Positions 9,293 to 19,257 of a stretch of 64,000 bases of DNA are shown here, piece after piece. The position numbers and the translations under genes are program-made. This stretch comes from Gammaproteobacteria bacterium. GTDB lineage: Bacteria > Pseudomonadota > Gammaproteobacteria > Steroidobacterales > Foliamicaceae. Within the stretch, counting starts at the first letter, position 1. Each line of letters starts with the position of its first letter. The stretch is taken from assembly GCA_026707445.1 (NCBI GenBank), contig JAPOWV010000021.1:22039-86038 (forward strand), read 5' to 3'. Under the pieces are notes generated by a model that was not told where the DNA came from, did no database searches, and saw nothing but the letters and a program-made list of their open reading frames with translations.

Positions 9293-10621
9293 ATGTCCGC
9301 CACAAATCTATCCTTACTGAAGCCGGATTCCGAGAGGAAGAACTGGTTCATTCATGACCGTTTCGGAATGATCATTCATTTCGGTCTCTACTCGCTCCAC
9401 ACGCAAGGCGCCTGGTACCGGAGCCGGCAGGAATTGCCCCACGAGCACATTCTGAAGTACTTTAATCAGTTCAACCCCGACCTCTACGATCCCGGGGACT
9501 GGGCCCGGCGAGCCCGGCGCGCCGGCATGACCCACATGACACTGACCTCCAAGCACCACGACGGCTTTTGCCTCTGGCCGACCAAAGAAACCGATTTCAA
9601 CGTCAGCAACACACCCTACGGCAAGGACCTCATAGGTCCATTTGTCGAAGCCTGCCGCACGGAGGGCCTGAAGGTGGGCCTTTACTACTCCCTGATCGAC
9701 TGGAGCCGCAGGGATTTCGCGATCGACCCCTTTCATCCCCTGCGCAATTCCGAAGACCTTGAATCCTACAACGCGAAATGCGACGTTTCGCGCTACCAGG
9801 CTTTCATGAAGGCCCAGGTAACGGAATTGTTGACTCAGTACGGCGAAATCAGCCACTTTTTCCCGGATTTCAGCTATCCGCGGGCGACGCATCGGGGCGT
9901 TTCCGGCAAGGGACGCGATTACTGGGACAGCGAAGGGCTGCTCGCGCTCGTGCGGGAGCTGCAGCCGAACGCGATAGTGAACAACCGGCTGGATCTGCTG
10001 GATCTTGAAGCCGATTTCTACACGCCCGAGTGTTTCGTGCCTCATGAAGCGCCCCTGCGAAAGGGCCGGCCGGTCGATTTCGAGTCCGCTTTCACCATGT
10101 CCGAGCGATGGAGCTACAACCGCGACGAGGAAAACTGGAAAAGCCCGCATCAACTGATTCGGATTCTGGTCGACATGGTCGCCATGGGCGGCAATTTGAT
10201 GATGAACGTCGGCCCGACGGGACGGGGCATCCTTGACAAACGGACCATGGCGGCGCTTGACGCCTATGCGGACTGGATGGAACTGCACGCGCGTTCCATA
10301 TACGGATGCGGGAAATCCCCGTTCCAGGCGCCGAAGGACTGCCGGCTGACGCAGAACGGCAATCGGGTATATGTGCATCTGTTCAGCTGGCCCTACAAGC
10401 ACCTTTACCTGGAAGGTCTGGGAGGCAAGGTCGCCTATGCGCAGCTGCTTAACGACGCCAGCGAAATCAGCTGGCTGCCGCCCGGCAGGCGCGTGCTCGG
10501 AGAAGGCGAGGGGCTGCAGGGCCTGGACCAGGACGACTTGCCGCACGACATTCTTGTCCTCCAGCTTCCACCCGCGAAACCGCCCGTGGAAGTGCCGGTC
10601 ATCGAACTCGTTCTGAAGTAG
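9293..10621 (+). CDS. Alpha-L-fucosidase, GH29
   Basis: WF..DRFGMIIHFGLYS, FNPDLYDP..WA, TSKHHDGFCLW, GLYYSLIDW, NNRL, GGNLMMNVGP; no signal peptide. Confidence 0.92.
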   Translation: MSATNLSLLKPDSERKNWFIHDRFGMIIHFGLYSLHTQGAWYRSRQELPHEHILKYFNQFNPDLYDPGDWARRARRAGMTHMTLTSKHHDGFCLWPTKETDFNVSNTPYGKDLIGPFVEACRTEGLKVGLYYSLIDWSRRDFAIDPFHPLRNSEDLESYNAKCDVSRYQAFMKAQVTELLTQYGEISHFFPDFSYPRATHRGVSGKGRDYWDSEGLLALVRELQPNAIVNNRLDLLDLEADFYTPECFVPHEAPLRKGRPVDFESAFTMSERWSYNRDEENWKSPHQLIRILVDMVAMGGNLMMNVGPTGRGILDKRTMAALDAYADWMELHARSIYGCGKSPFQAPKDCRLTQNGNRVYVHLFSWPYKHLYLEGLGGKVAYAQLLNDASEISWLPPGRRVLGEGEGLQGLDQDDLPHDILVLQLPPAKPPVEVPVIELVLK

Positions 10622-10636
10622 GCGACCGAAATAAAG

Positions 10637-10664
10637 GACGGCCTCGCGTTGCTGCGAGGCCGTC
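10637..10664 (-). terminator. Rho-independent terminator between convergent GH29 and TonB receptor genes
   Basis: 11-bp perfect stem GACGGCCTCGC/GCGAGGCCGTC with 6-nt loop, followed on the minus strand by CTTTATTT. Confidence 0.8.
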
Positions 10665-10687
10665 AGCCCAAGGGGACGGGATATGGG

Positions 10688-13369
10688 CTAGAAAGTGGTG
10701 CGGACACCGAAGAAGTAGCGGCGCCCGAAATTGAAATAGTCGCGGATTCTTTCCGGTATTCCAAGGTAACTCTGCACATCCTCCCCGGTGATGTTCTTTG
10801 CCTCGAACGACACCTGCCAGTTGTCAAAGAGGTCGTAGGCGATACGTCCGTCCAGTTGTCCGTAGCCTTCGACATACCGCGGCAGCCCTCCGTTCCCGTT
10901 GGTGCGCTGCAGGAAGTCGTCGCGGTAGTTGTAGGCGAGCCGGGCGCTGATGCGATTGGCTTCGTAGAACCCGATCAGGTTGTAGGAACTCTCAGAAATA
11001 CGCTCCAGACCGACGCGATCCCCCGTGAACGAGTTGGTATTTTCCGTGTCGTCATCGATCAGGGTAAGGTTGGCGACAACGCCGAATCCATTGTCCCAGG
11101 CCTGCTGGAAGCCCAGTTCAAGCCCCCGGAGCTTTCCGCCCGAACCGTTTATCGGCCCGACGATATCGAATTCCTCGGGAAATCCCGGCACCATGGCTTT
11201 TTCACCTGTCAGGCCGGAACTGAAGAACGATTCGATGTCCATATGGAACACCGTGGCGGAGACCCCGCTGTTGTCGCCGAAGTAGTATTCCAGCGCCAGG
11301 TTGATATTGGTGGAGCGGAATGGATCAAGGAATGCGTTGCCTCCCCTGACCGTAAGCTGGCTTGGATTGACGGTTCCGCGAGGCGCAAGTTCATCCGCCT
11401 CGGCGCGGAACAGGGTCTTCGACGCGGCGAACCGGACGATCAGGTCGTCCCGGACCTCCCAGCGGACGTTCAGGCTGGGCAGGACGTCGCTATAGGAGTT
11501 CTCCAGGTGGATCTGGGGAAGCAGATAGCCCTGCCCGGTAAAGGCATCGCGCACCGTCGCCGCGGGATCGGGCGTCACGCCTTCCGCGTCGGCGATAATT
11601 TCGGTCTCCACCCAGCGAACACCGACGTTGCCGGACAAGGGTCCGTTGGAGAAATTCATCTGCACATACAACGCCGTCGTTGATTCTCCGATCAGCGCGG
11701 TGTCCGGCGCGTTGGGCAGGAAATCGTGCTGGGGCGGCAGGAACTCGCGATTGAGAACGTCCTTGTTCGGGAAAATGAGGTTACCGACCTGCTGTCCCGG
11801 CATCTGGTCACCGTAGTCGCTGACGCCGAGGTGGGCGGCGGTCGTGTGAACCGCGCTGTTCGGATCGGTGAAATGCTGGTCCAGCGGGGTGAGCGAGAAA
11901 TTGATGAAATTGCTGCGCGCCCTGGCGCCGAAGACTCCGGCAAAGTACTCGGCGTCCGCGTAACGAATGCCCGCTTCCACGTCATCGATAAAGTCGTTGT
12001 CGTCGAATTCGAAGGAGGCGCTGAACCGGTATTGCGTGTCGTCCTGCTCGTTGGAGGTCTTCGATCGGCGCACGCGCCACGCCTGCCAGCCGTCGGTTGA
12101 AGTGGGATTGGCAACGAAATCGCCCAGCGGCATGGAAGACGGCACCCCGGACGCAAGGTCGGTGCCGATCACCAGACCGCGGTGGCGGATTCCGGTATGG
12201 TCGAAATCTCCGCCCGATTCGGATTCGGAATACCCCAGGTCGCCTTCGAAAGTCCAGGGACCCGAGGTCCATGTGCCGTTCAGGCCGCCCATCATCACGT
12301 GCGCGTCGGTGGAGAGGAAGAGGTTGAATATGTTCATGAAGCTGGTGCCCGGAACAATACTCGCCCCGATAATGGTTCCGCTGGAGGTGGTCTGGACCGT
12401 CGAGGCGTCCAGTGTCCGGCCACCGCCGAGGCGGGTCAGTCCGACCATGGACACCTGCGTTGAAACTTCCTTGCGACTGTTGTAGAGCAGGTCGCCCTTC
12501 AATTCAAAGTTGTCGTTAGGCCGCCACTGAACTGCTGCGGTGGCGCCCGTCCTTTCCGAGGGCACCACCCAGAGTTCATATCGGGATGCCCGCGGGCGCC
12601 AGAATTGCTGGCCTCCGGAACAGCGTGCGTTGTAGGTGGCGTCCACGCAGTCGAACCCGTCCGTGGTGAAGCCGTCCTGCCGGTTGTCGCGTTCCTCGTA
12701 GTGTGCGGTCAGCATGATGCCCATCGTTCCGTCCGCTGAGGTATTGCTGATCGATCCCGTAATCCTGGGCAGGTTCTCGTCAAGCAGGTCGGCATAGACC
12801 AGTTGAGCGCTCGCCGCGGCGCGAAATCCGCCGCCATTGTCAAAGGGCATGGCGGTTGTCACGTCGACATGACCGCTCAGCGAGCCGTCGATATCGCTGG
12901 CGGCCGAAGACTTGACGACACTCAGGGAGGAGACGAATTCGGAGGGCAGATTGCGAAAGTCCACGCCGCGCTCGCCGAAGCCGGTAGCAAGGACTGCCCG
13001 ACCGTTGACAAACGTCCGGCTGGTGTCCGGTCCCAGACCGCGGATACTGATGAAACTGCCTTCACCGAAAGCGCGGCCGCTTCGATCGATCTGCACGCCG
13101 GTCACCCGCTGCAGTGATTCGGCCACGTTTTCGTCCGGGAACTTGCCGATGTCTTCCGCGGAAATGCTGTCGATGACCTGGTCTGCGTTTCGCTTTGCCT
13201 CGAGCGACCGCTGCAGTGATCCGCGGATGCCGGTCACGACGATCTCTTCGATGGCCTCGTCGTCGGAATCGGACTGGGCGGCTGCGGTTCCCGCTCCGAA
13301 TGCGAGTCCGGCTGCAATGGCAATCACCCAAAAGTATTGCCATTTGTTCGCAAAAAATGGTGTGTTCAT
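10688..13369 (-). CDS. TonB-dependent outer-membrane receptor (carbohydrate-type)
   Basis: Signal peptide, TonB box IEEIVVTGIRGSL, DSISAEDIGKFPDENVAESLQRVTGV, NITGE..GRRYFFGVRTTF with terminal Phe; start at ATG 13369. Confidence 0.95.
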   Translation of the reverse strand: MNTPFFANKWQYFWVIAIAAGLAFGAGTAAAQSDSDDEAIEEIVVTGIRGSLQRSLEAKRNADQVIDSISAEDIGKFPDENVAESLQRVTGVQIDRSGRAFGEGSFISIRGLGPDTSRTFVNGRAVLATGFGERGVDFRNLPSEFVSSLSVVKSSAASDIDGSLSGHVDVTTAMPFDNGGGFRAAASAQLVYADLLDENLPRITGSISNTSADGTMGIMLTAHYEERDNRQDGFTTDGFDCVDATYNARCSGGQQFWRPRASRYELWVVPSERTGATAAVQWRPNDNFELKGDLLYNSRKEVSTQVSMVGLTRLGGGRTLDASTVQTTSSGTIIGASIVPGTSFMNIFNLFLSTDAHVMMGGLNGTWTSGPWTFEGDLGYSESESGGDFDHTGIRHRGLVIGTDLASGVPSSMPLGDFVANPTSTDGWQAWRVRRSKTSNEQDDTQYRFSASFEFDDNDFIDDVEAGIRYADAEYFAGVFGARARSNFINFSLTPLDQHFTDPNSAVHTTAAHLGVSDYGDQMPGQQVGNLIFPNKDVLNREFLPPQHDFLPNAPDTALIGESTTALYVQMNFSNGPLSGNVGVRWVETEIIADAEGVTPDPAATVRDAFTGQGYLLPQIHLENSYSDVLPSLNVRWEVRDDLIVRFAASKTLFRAEADELAPRGTVNPSQLTVRGGNAFLDPFRSTNINLALEYYFGDNSGVSATVFHMDIESFFSSGLTGEKAMVPGFPEEFDIVGPINGSGGKLRGLELGFQQAWDNGFGVVANLTLIDDDTENTNSFTGDRVGLERISESSYNLIGFYEANRISARLAYNYRDDFLQRTNGNGGLPRYVEGYGQLDGRIAYDLFDNWQVSFEAKNITGEDVQSYLGIPERIRDYFNFGRRYFFGVRTTF

Positions 13370-13504
13370 GGCTGCTTGAACTCCCTGAAAATCGCCTCGC
13401 CGGCTCGCTGTCAACCGGCCCCGAGCGGAGTCCGTGGCAGATTCATATTGATCGTCCCCGTATCCGCGATATCCTCTTATATCAGGAATCCAAACTTTTT
13501 GCAA

Positions 13505-13520
13505 TAGTATCGATTTACTA
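13505..13520. promoter_or_regulatory. Imperfect palindrome TAGTATCGATTTACTA in divergent promoter (LacI-like operator candidate)
   Basis: AT-rich intergenic region between TonB receptor and ABC permeases; TAGTA/TACTA arms around a CG-containing core. Confidence 0.35.
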
Positions 13521-13686
13521 GAATTATCATAGTCCGCGCCGAGTCGCTCTGTTCCAAGAAAGGTGTTCGATTGCAGTAGTATTCAATCACGGTCGGCATT
13601 TTCCCTTTCCCGGCGCGAAAGCGGTTCTGAAGTCTGGGAATCTTGTCTTCAAGCGCAGGAGACACTACCGTCTTGATGCAATTCGA

Positions 13687-14586
13687 ATGAAAACAGCAGT
13701 TACAGGCCCGCTCTCGCCGGGGATTCCGCAGCGGTCGACCCTCGCGCTGGTCACCCTTTTTCTTTGCCCCGGCCTGCTCATCTACACCGTTTTCATGGTC
13801 TGGCCCGTGGCGCAGGCCGCGATGTTCAGTTTCTTTGACTGGAACGGATTCGGCTGGCCCGCCGATTTCACCGGATTGCGCAATTTCGTCAGCGTTCTTA
13901 ACGACCCCCTGTTCTGGAAGGCCTTCGGCAACAATCTCTACCTGATTGTCTTCATGATGGCCACGGTGGTGCCCGTCGCGCTCGGGCTGTCGGTGGTGAT
14001 CGCCCGCAGGATCCCGTTCGCGATCACTTTCCGGCTGATTTTCTTCCTGCCGTATGTGCTCGCCGACCTGACCGCCGGTCTGATCTGGCGCTACCTGCTC
14101 GACGGAGACTACGGAATGCTCTCCGGAGTCAGCCTGTTCGGACTGGACGAAGCCTATGTGCTGGCCAATCCGCAACTGGCGCTTACGGCGGTGGCGGTGG
14201 TGATGGTGTGGAAGAGCTTCGGCTTCCACCTCATCCTGTTCGTGGCCGGACTGCAGCAGATCGACCATTCGCTCTATGAGGCCGCCGAGATCGACGGCGC
14301 GGGCCCGTTCCAGAAGCTGACGAGAATCACCATCCCGTTGCTGGCCCCCACCATCGCGCTTTCCGGGTTCTTCGTGGTGATCAGTTCCATCCAGGCCTTC
14401 GACATGATCATGGCCATGACCACCGGCGGTCCCTCCCGGTCCACCTCAACCATGGTGCACTACCTGTACGCCGACGGCATCGCGAGCATGCGGATCGGAT
14501 TCGGCTCCGCCATCGGCGTGGTCATCTTCTTCATCACCCTGGCGTTCTCTGCGACCTACCGGAAGTTGAGCGGCCGATATGCCTAA
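13687..14586 (+). CDS. Carbohydrate ABC transporter permease (MalF/UgpA type)
   Basis: FTGLRNF, multiple TM segments, EAA loop LYEAAEIDGA, TTGGP. Confidence 0.95.
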   Translation: MKTAVTGPLSPGIPQRSTLALVTLFLCPGLLIYTVFMVWPVAQAAMFSFFDWNGFGWPADFTGLRNFVSVLNDPLFWKAFGNNLYLIVFMMATVVPVALGLSVVIARRIPFAITFRLIFFLPYVLADLTAGLIWRYLLDGDYGMLSGVSLFGLDEAYVLANPQLALTAVAVVMVWKSFGFHLILFVAGLQQIDHSLYEAAEIDGAGPFQKLTRITIPLLAPTIALSGFFVVISSIQAFDMIMAMTTGGPSRSTSTMVHYLYADGIASMRIGFGSAIGVVIFFITLAFSATYRKLSGRYA

Positions 14587-15463
14587 AGGGAATCCGAGTA
14601 CCGTCCGGGATTCCGCAGCGGCAGGGCGCGCACCGGGCCGGCGCGTCGATGTGGGCCGCGTGCTGGTCTGTGCGGTGCTCTCCGTGTTCGCGCTGGTCGT
14701 GCTGGTGCCGCTGGTGGCGACCGTGCTCGGAGGCTTCAAGACGCTGGGGGACTTAAGGGTCAATCCGCTGGGCCTGCCCAGCACCTGGGTCTGGAGCAAT
14801 TACGGAGACATCCTGCTGAGCGCGGATTACTGGGTCATGCTCAGGAATTCGCTGGTGGTGGCCTTCCTTGCGGTCGTGTTCACGATCCTGGTCGCGTCCA
14901 TGGCCGCGTTCGCGTTTTCACAACTGCGCTTCTTCGGCTCGAAGTTCCTGCTTGGGTACGTGGTCATGGGCCTGATGTTTCCCACCGCAACGGCCATTCT
15001 TCCGCTCTTCATCCTCATTCGCGACCTGGGGCTCATGGACAGCCATATCGGTCTGGTGCTGCCCAAGGTTGCCGGCGGCATTTCGGTGGCCGTGGTCCTG
15101 TTCGCCAATTACTTCAGGAACCTGCCCGGGGAGCTGTTCGACGCGGCCTTCGTGGACGGTTGCGGCTACTTCCGGTTCTACTGGGAGATCGTGTTGCCGC
15201 TGTCGGGGCCGATCATCGCAACCGTTGCGATCATCAACTTCGTGGCAAGCTGGAACACCTACTTTTTGCCGATGGTCCTTCTGAGCACTCCCGAACTCTT
15301 TACATGGCCGCTGGGCCTGATGGACTATACCGATGAGCGGGGATCGGACTGGCAGATGATCTGCGCCTTCGTGACGCTCACCATGCTGCCGATGATCGTT
15401 GTGTTCCTGGCCGCGCAGCGGCACGTCATCTCGGGCCTCACCTCAGGCGCCGTGAAATCGTGA
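14579..15463 (+). CDS. Carbohydrate ABC transporter permease (MalG/UgpE type)
   Basis: WSNY, LRNSL, ELFDAAFVDGC, SWNTYFLP, QRHVISGLTSGAVK. Confidence 0.95.
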   Translation: MPKGNPSTVRDSAAAGRAPGRRVDVGRVLVCAVLSVFALVVLVPLVATVLGGFKTLGDLRVNPLGLPSTWVWSNYGDILLSADYWVMLRNSLVVAFLAVVFTILVASMAAFAFSQLRFFGSKFLLGYVVMGLMFPTATAILPLFILIRDLGLMDSHIGLVLPKVAGGISVAVVLFANYFRNLPGELFDAAFVDGCGYFRFYWEIVLPLSGPIIATVAIINFVASWNTYFLPMVLLSTPELFTWPLGLMDYTDERGSDWQMICAFVTLTMLPMIVVFLAAQRHVISGLTSGAVKS

Positions 15464-15509
15464 GGCGTTCGGTGCAACTGATCGTCTCAACCGTGGGCGG
15501 CCGTCCTGC

Positions 15510-15538
15510 TTGACAGGAGTCTGCCATACTCTTAAGTT
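15510..15538 (+). promoter_or_regulatory. Sigma70-type promoter for the SDR block
   Basis: Perfect -35 TTGACA (15510-15515), 17-bp spacer, TAAGTT (TAnnnT) -10. Confidence 0.55.
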
Positions 15539-15596
15539 GCTGCAAGTGAACAGATATACTGCAAAAGTCGGCGCTGTAAGGAGCAGTTTCTGACGC

Positions 15597-16376
15597 ATGG
15601 CGGGCCAATACTCCACTGATCTTTTCAGGCTCGATGACCGGGTGGCGCTGGTGACCGGCGCAGCCAGCGGCATGGGCCTGCGCGCCGCCTACGGGCTTGC
15701 CGACGCCGGCGCCCAGGTCGTGGCCGCGGACGTGAATTCCGGCGGCCTGGACGAGGCCGTGGCCGCAATGCGGGCCGAGGGTTACCGCGTGACCGGCGCA
15801 GTGGCCGACATTTCGGACCAGGAGCAGGTTGCTCAGATGGCGAAAACAGCCGAAAGCGTGTCCGGCCACGTGGATGTGCTCGTCAATTGCGCCGGTATAG
15901 GCGCACGCGGCGTGGCCAGGGACTATCCGCTGGAACTGTGGCGGAAGGTCATACACATCAATACGCGCGGCAGCTTTCTGTGCGCCAGGGCGGTGGCGCC
16001 CGGGATGATTGCGCGGAGAAAGGGTTCGATCATCAATATCGCTTCCTGCGCCGCTGCCGTCGGATGGCCGGGCAGCGTGGGTTACCAGGTCAGCAAGGCG
16101 GGACTGGGTCAGATGTCCCGCAGCCTGGGGGTCGAGTGGGCGCCGTACAACGTGCGGGTCAATTCGATTGCACCCGGTTCCGTCGATACGCCGCAGAACC
16201 AGCAGGAAGAAGCTCGGGAGCCGGAGTATTTCGCGGAACGCCTGCGGCGAGTGCCCATGGGACGCAGGGCGCAGCCGGAGGAGGTCGTGGGCGCGATACT
16301 CTTTCTTGCCTCGGACGCCAGCAGCATGGTGACGGGCAACCTGATCGCGACGGATGGCGGCTACATCGCCAGTTGA
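15597..16376 (+). CDS. SDR family oxidoreductase (paralogue 1)
   Basis: TGAASGMG, NCAG, YQVSK, VRVNSIAPG, DGG. Confidence 0.93.
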   Translation: MAGQYSTDLFRLDDRVALVTGAASGMGLRAAYGLADAGAQVVAADVNSGGLDEAVAAMRAEGYRVTGAVADISDQEQVAQMAKTAESVSGHVDVLVNCAGIGARGVARDYPLELWRKVIHINTRGSFLCARAVAPGMIARRKGSIINIASCAAAVGWPGSVGYQVSKAGLGQMSRSLGVEWAPYNVRVNSIAPGSVDTPQNQQEEAREPEYFAERLRRVPMGRRAQPEEVVGAILFLASDASSMVTGNLIATDGGYIAS

Positions 16377-16409
16377 GGGAGTCGTGGCGAAAGTGCAGGG
16401 GAAAGAGGC

Positions 16410-17189
16410 ATGAACGGCAGGTACAGGACGCTTTTCGACTTTGGCGGCAAGACGGTCATCGTGACCGGCGCAGCGAGCGGGCTGGGCAGGGAAATTTCGC
16501 GGGCCCTGGCGGACTTCGGCGCCGATGTGGTCATCGCGGACAAGAACGCCCCCGGCCTGCGCAAGGTTGCGGCGGAACTCGAGCCCGCGGCCGCCAGCGT
16601 TCTGCCCTGTCCCACGGACGTGTCCGTTCCCGAGCAGGTGGATGCCCTGGTGAGCGCCGCGCTGGGCGTGTCGGGGCGCATCGACGCGCTGATTCACTGC
16701 GCGGGTATAGGCGGACGGTCGCCCGCCGTGAGCTATCCGATGGAGCTTTGGGACGAGGTGATCAGCGTGAACGCCGGCGGAACCTTTCTCTGCACCCAGG
16801 CGGTTGGACGGGTGATGCTGGAGCAGGAAAACGGCGGCGCCATCGTCAATCTTTCATCGATCGGGGGTATGGTGGGCAAGCCGGGTAGCGTCGGCTACCA
16901 GGTGAGCAAGGCCATGGAAATTCAGATCGCCAAGAGCCTGGGCGTGGAGTGGGGGCCGCACGGCGTGCGGGTCAATTCCATCGCGCCCGGGCTGTTCATG
17001 ACGGAGACCATTCGGGCCGAGACCGAGAAGGAGCCGGACGTGAACGCGGACTTCATGAAGATGCTGCCCCGGGGACGCGCGGGCGAATTGCACGAGATCG
17101 TGGGCGCGGCGCTGTTTCTCGCTTCGGATGCGGGAAGCTACGTGACTGGAGCGGTGATTCCAGTGGACGGCGGAGCGCTTGCGTGGTAG
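16410..17189 (+). CDS. SDR family oxidoreductase (paralogue 2)
   Basis: TGAASGLG, HCAG, YQVSK, VRVNSIAPG, VDGG. Confidence 0.93.
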   Translation: MNGRYRTLFDFGGKTVIVTGAASGLGREISRALADFGADVVIADKNAPGLRKVAAELEPAAASVLPCPTDVSVPEQVDALVSAALGVSGRIDALIHCAGIGGRSPAVSYPMELWDEVISVNAGGTFLCTQAVGRVMLEQENGGAIVNLSSIGGMVGKPGSVGYQVSKAMEIQIAKSLGVEWGPHGVRVNSIAPGLFMTETIRAETEKEPDVNADFMKMLPRGRAGELHEIVGAALFLASDAGSYVTGAVIPVDGGALAW

Positions 17190-17196
17190 GAACAGG

Positions 17197-18228
17197 ATGA
17201 CAGCGATCCTGCTGGGCTGGCAGAAGGCCGCGGAGCAGCTGGAGTGGATCCGCACGCTGGCTCCGTCCGGCTGCGAATTCCTGGTGCCCGAACATTCGCC
17301 GGACGAGGGCGACTATGACGCGGACCCGGCGGAACTGGTCCGCCTGGGCCGCGAGGCTGAAATCATCGTCGGCTGGAACTTCCCCCGCCAGGTCTTCGTC
17401 GAATCCCGCAAGCTGAAGCTGGTTTCGTCCGCCCATACCGGTTACGACCGCTACGATCTGGCGCTGTTTCTCGAGCGCGGAGTGATGCTCGCCAACGCCG
17501 GCGGCGTCAATTCCGTGGCGGTGGCCGAGCACGCCTTGGCGCTGCTGCTGGCGCTCGCCAAACGAATCGCGGAGCACGACCGGTCGGTGCGGCGCGTCGA
17601 CTGGGTCGATCTGACGCCGGAAACGGCCAGCGTCCAGCTTGCCGGGAAGGTCGCCGCGATCGTCGGTTTGGGGCGTATCGGGACACTTATTGCCGCAAGG
17701 TGCCGCGCCTTCGGGATGAAGACCGTCGGCGTCAGGCGCGATGTTTCCCGGCAGGTGGACGCCGTGGACGAACTCGTGGGCGCCGACAGGCTCAATTCCG
17801 TACTGGAAGCGGCCGATGCCGTAATCCTGGCCCTTCCACTCAATCCCCGGACCCGGGGACTGATGGGGCATGAGCAGTTTGCGATCCTGAAGCCCGGCGC
17901 CCTGCTGGTCAACGTGGGCCGTGGCATGGTGGTCAACGAGTCGGCAGTCCACCAGGCCTTGACCCGGGGCGATCTGGGTGGTTTTGCCGCCGACGTGTGG
18001 TGGGACTATGCCGACGCGTCTCCCGCGGGCTATCACTACAACGTTCCTTCGCGGCTGGCGGTGCACCGGCTGCCGCGCGTGGTGGGTACCCCCGACATGG
18101 CCTCGAACGTGCAGGGAATGCGCGAGCGCATGATTGAATTCGCCATGGAAAACGTGCGTGAATTTCTTGACGGAAAGACACCCGCGCGCGCGGTGGACCT
18201 GCGCAATGCCATCGGGCCGGGCGCCTGA
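17197..18228 (+). CDS. D-isomer-specific 2-hydroxyacid dehydrogenase family (atypical TPD instead of TPH)
   Basis: AVAEHALALLLALAK, GLGRIG, LPLNPRTRGL, NVGRG, ADVWW. Confidence 0.88.
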   Translation: MTAILLGWQKAAEQLEWIRTLAPSGCEFLVPEHSPDEGDYDADPAELVRLGREAEIIVGWNFPRQVFVESRKLKLVSSAHTGYDRYDLALFLERGVMLANAGGVNSVAVAEHALALLLALAKRIAEHDRSVRRVDWVDLTPETASVQLAGKVAAIVGLGRIGTLIAARCRAFGMKTVGVRRDVSRQVDAVDELVGADRLNSVLEAADAVILALPLNPRTRGLMGHEQFAILKPGALLVNVGRGMVVNESAVHQALTRGDLGGFAADVWWDYADASPAGYHYNVPSRLAVHRLPRVVGTPDMASNVQGMRERMIEFAMENVREFLDGKTPARAVDLRNAIGPGA

Positions 18229-18231
18229 AGT

Positions 18232-19239
18232 GTGGGGGATCGGGCGTTGACGGGGGCCGCCGGTCACGCATCGGTCGATCCGGCGCTCTTCCGCAAAGTC
18301 GTCGGCAGTTTCGCCACGGGCGTCACGATCGTCACGACCCTGGATTCGGAAGGGTCCCTGCACGGCCTGACGGCCAACAGCTTTACCTCGGTATCGCTGT
18401 CGCCGCCACTGGTGCTGGTTTGTGTTGAGCGCCGGTCGAGGAGCCTGGCCGCGCTCCGGCAAAGCGGGGTGTTTGCCGTGAATATTGCCAGTGAAGCGCA
18501 AAGGGAGCTGTCGATACGCTTCGCGACCAATGCCGCGGACAAGTTCGATGGCGTTCAGACCCAACGCGCGGCCACGGGCGCGCCCATCTTCGCCGAATCG
18601 GTCGCATGGCTGGATTGCAGGCTGAGCGACATCGTTGCCGCCGGTGATCATGACGTGGTGATCGGCAAGGTGGTGGATATGGCCGAGGGCTCCGCGTTGC
18701 CGCTGGGCTATTTCCGCGGCGGTTTCTTCAATGTTTCGGACGAGCAGAGCGCGTCCCAGACGCGCGGGCAGACCGTATTCAGCGTGATCGTGGACCACGG
18801 CGGCCGCGTTCTGCTGTGTCGTGCCGGGGAGGGCGGCAAGTGGTCGTTTCCCGAGGCGCCGGGCGATGCGGGCGGGCTGCCCCTCGGGGGTCTGCGCGAA
18901 CGGCTGGCCGAAGCAGGCGCCCCCACGACCATCAGTTTCCTGTATTCCGTTGACGAAATACGGCACCGGGAATGCACGCTGCTGTTGTACCGCGGCGAGC
19001 TGTCGGCAAAGCCGGACCTGGCGGACCGGGAAAACTGGAGGTTTTTCGACGCTGGCGCGACGCCGTGGGAGGACCTGCTGGACTACCAGACGCGGATGAC
19101 GCTGAAACGATATTTCCAGGAGCGCTCGCAGGGCCGGTTCGGCCTTTTCGCCGAGACCGGAGAAGGAGGCCATATCGCGCCCATCGTCGACAACCTGCGT
19201 TCGTACTCGAAGGAGGACGCGGAACGTCAGTTGGGCTGA
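18232..19239 (+). CDS. Flavin reductase (HpaC/NtaB type) with C-terminal NUDIX-like domain
   Basis: GSFATGVTIVTT, GLTANSFTSVSLSPPLVLVC, GDH, PLGYFRG; ~165-aa extension VIVDHGGRVLL...KWSFP...LRERLAEAG. Confidence 0.85.
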   Translation: MGDRALTGAAGHASVDPALFRKVVGSFATGVTIVTTLDSEGSLHGLTANSFTSVSLSPPLVLVCVERRSRSLAALRQSGVFAVNIASEAQRELSIRFATNAADKFDGVQTQRAATGAPIFAESVAWLDCRLSDIVAAGDHDVVIGKVVDMAEGSALPLGYFRGGFFNVSDEQSASQTRGQTVFSVIVDHGGRVLLCRAGEGGKWSFPEAPGDAGGLPLGGLRERLAEAGAPTTISFLYSVDEIRHRECTLLLYRGELSAKPDLADRENWRFFDAGATPWEDLLDYQTRMTLKRYFQERSQGRFGLFAETGEGGHIAPIVDNLRSYSKEDAERQLG

Positions 19240-19257
19240 CGGAGGAACCCCACGGCG

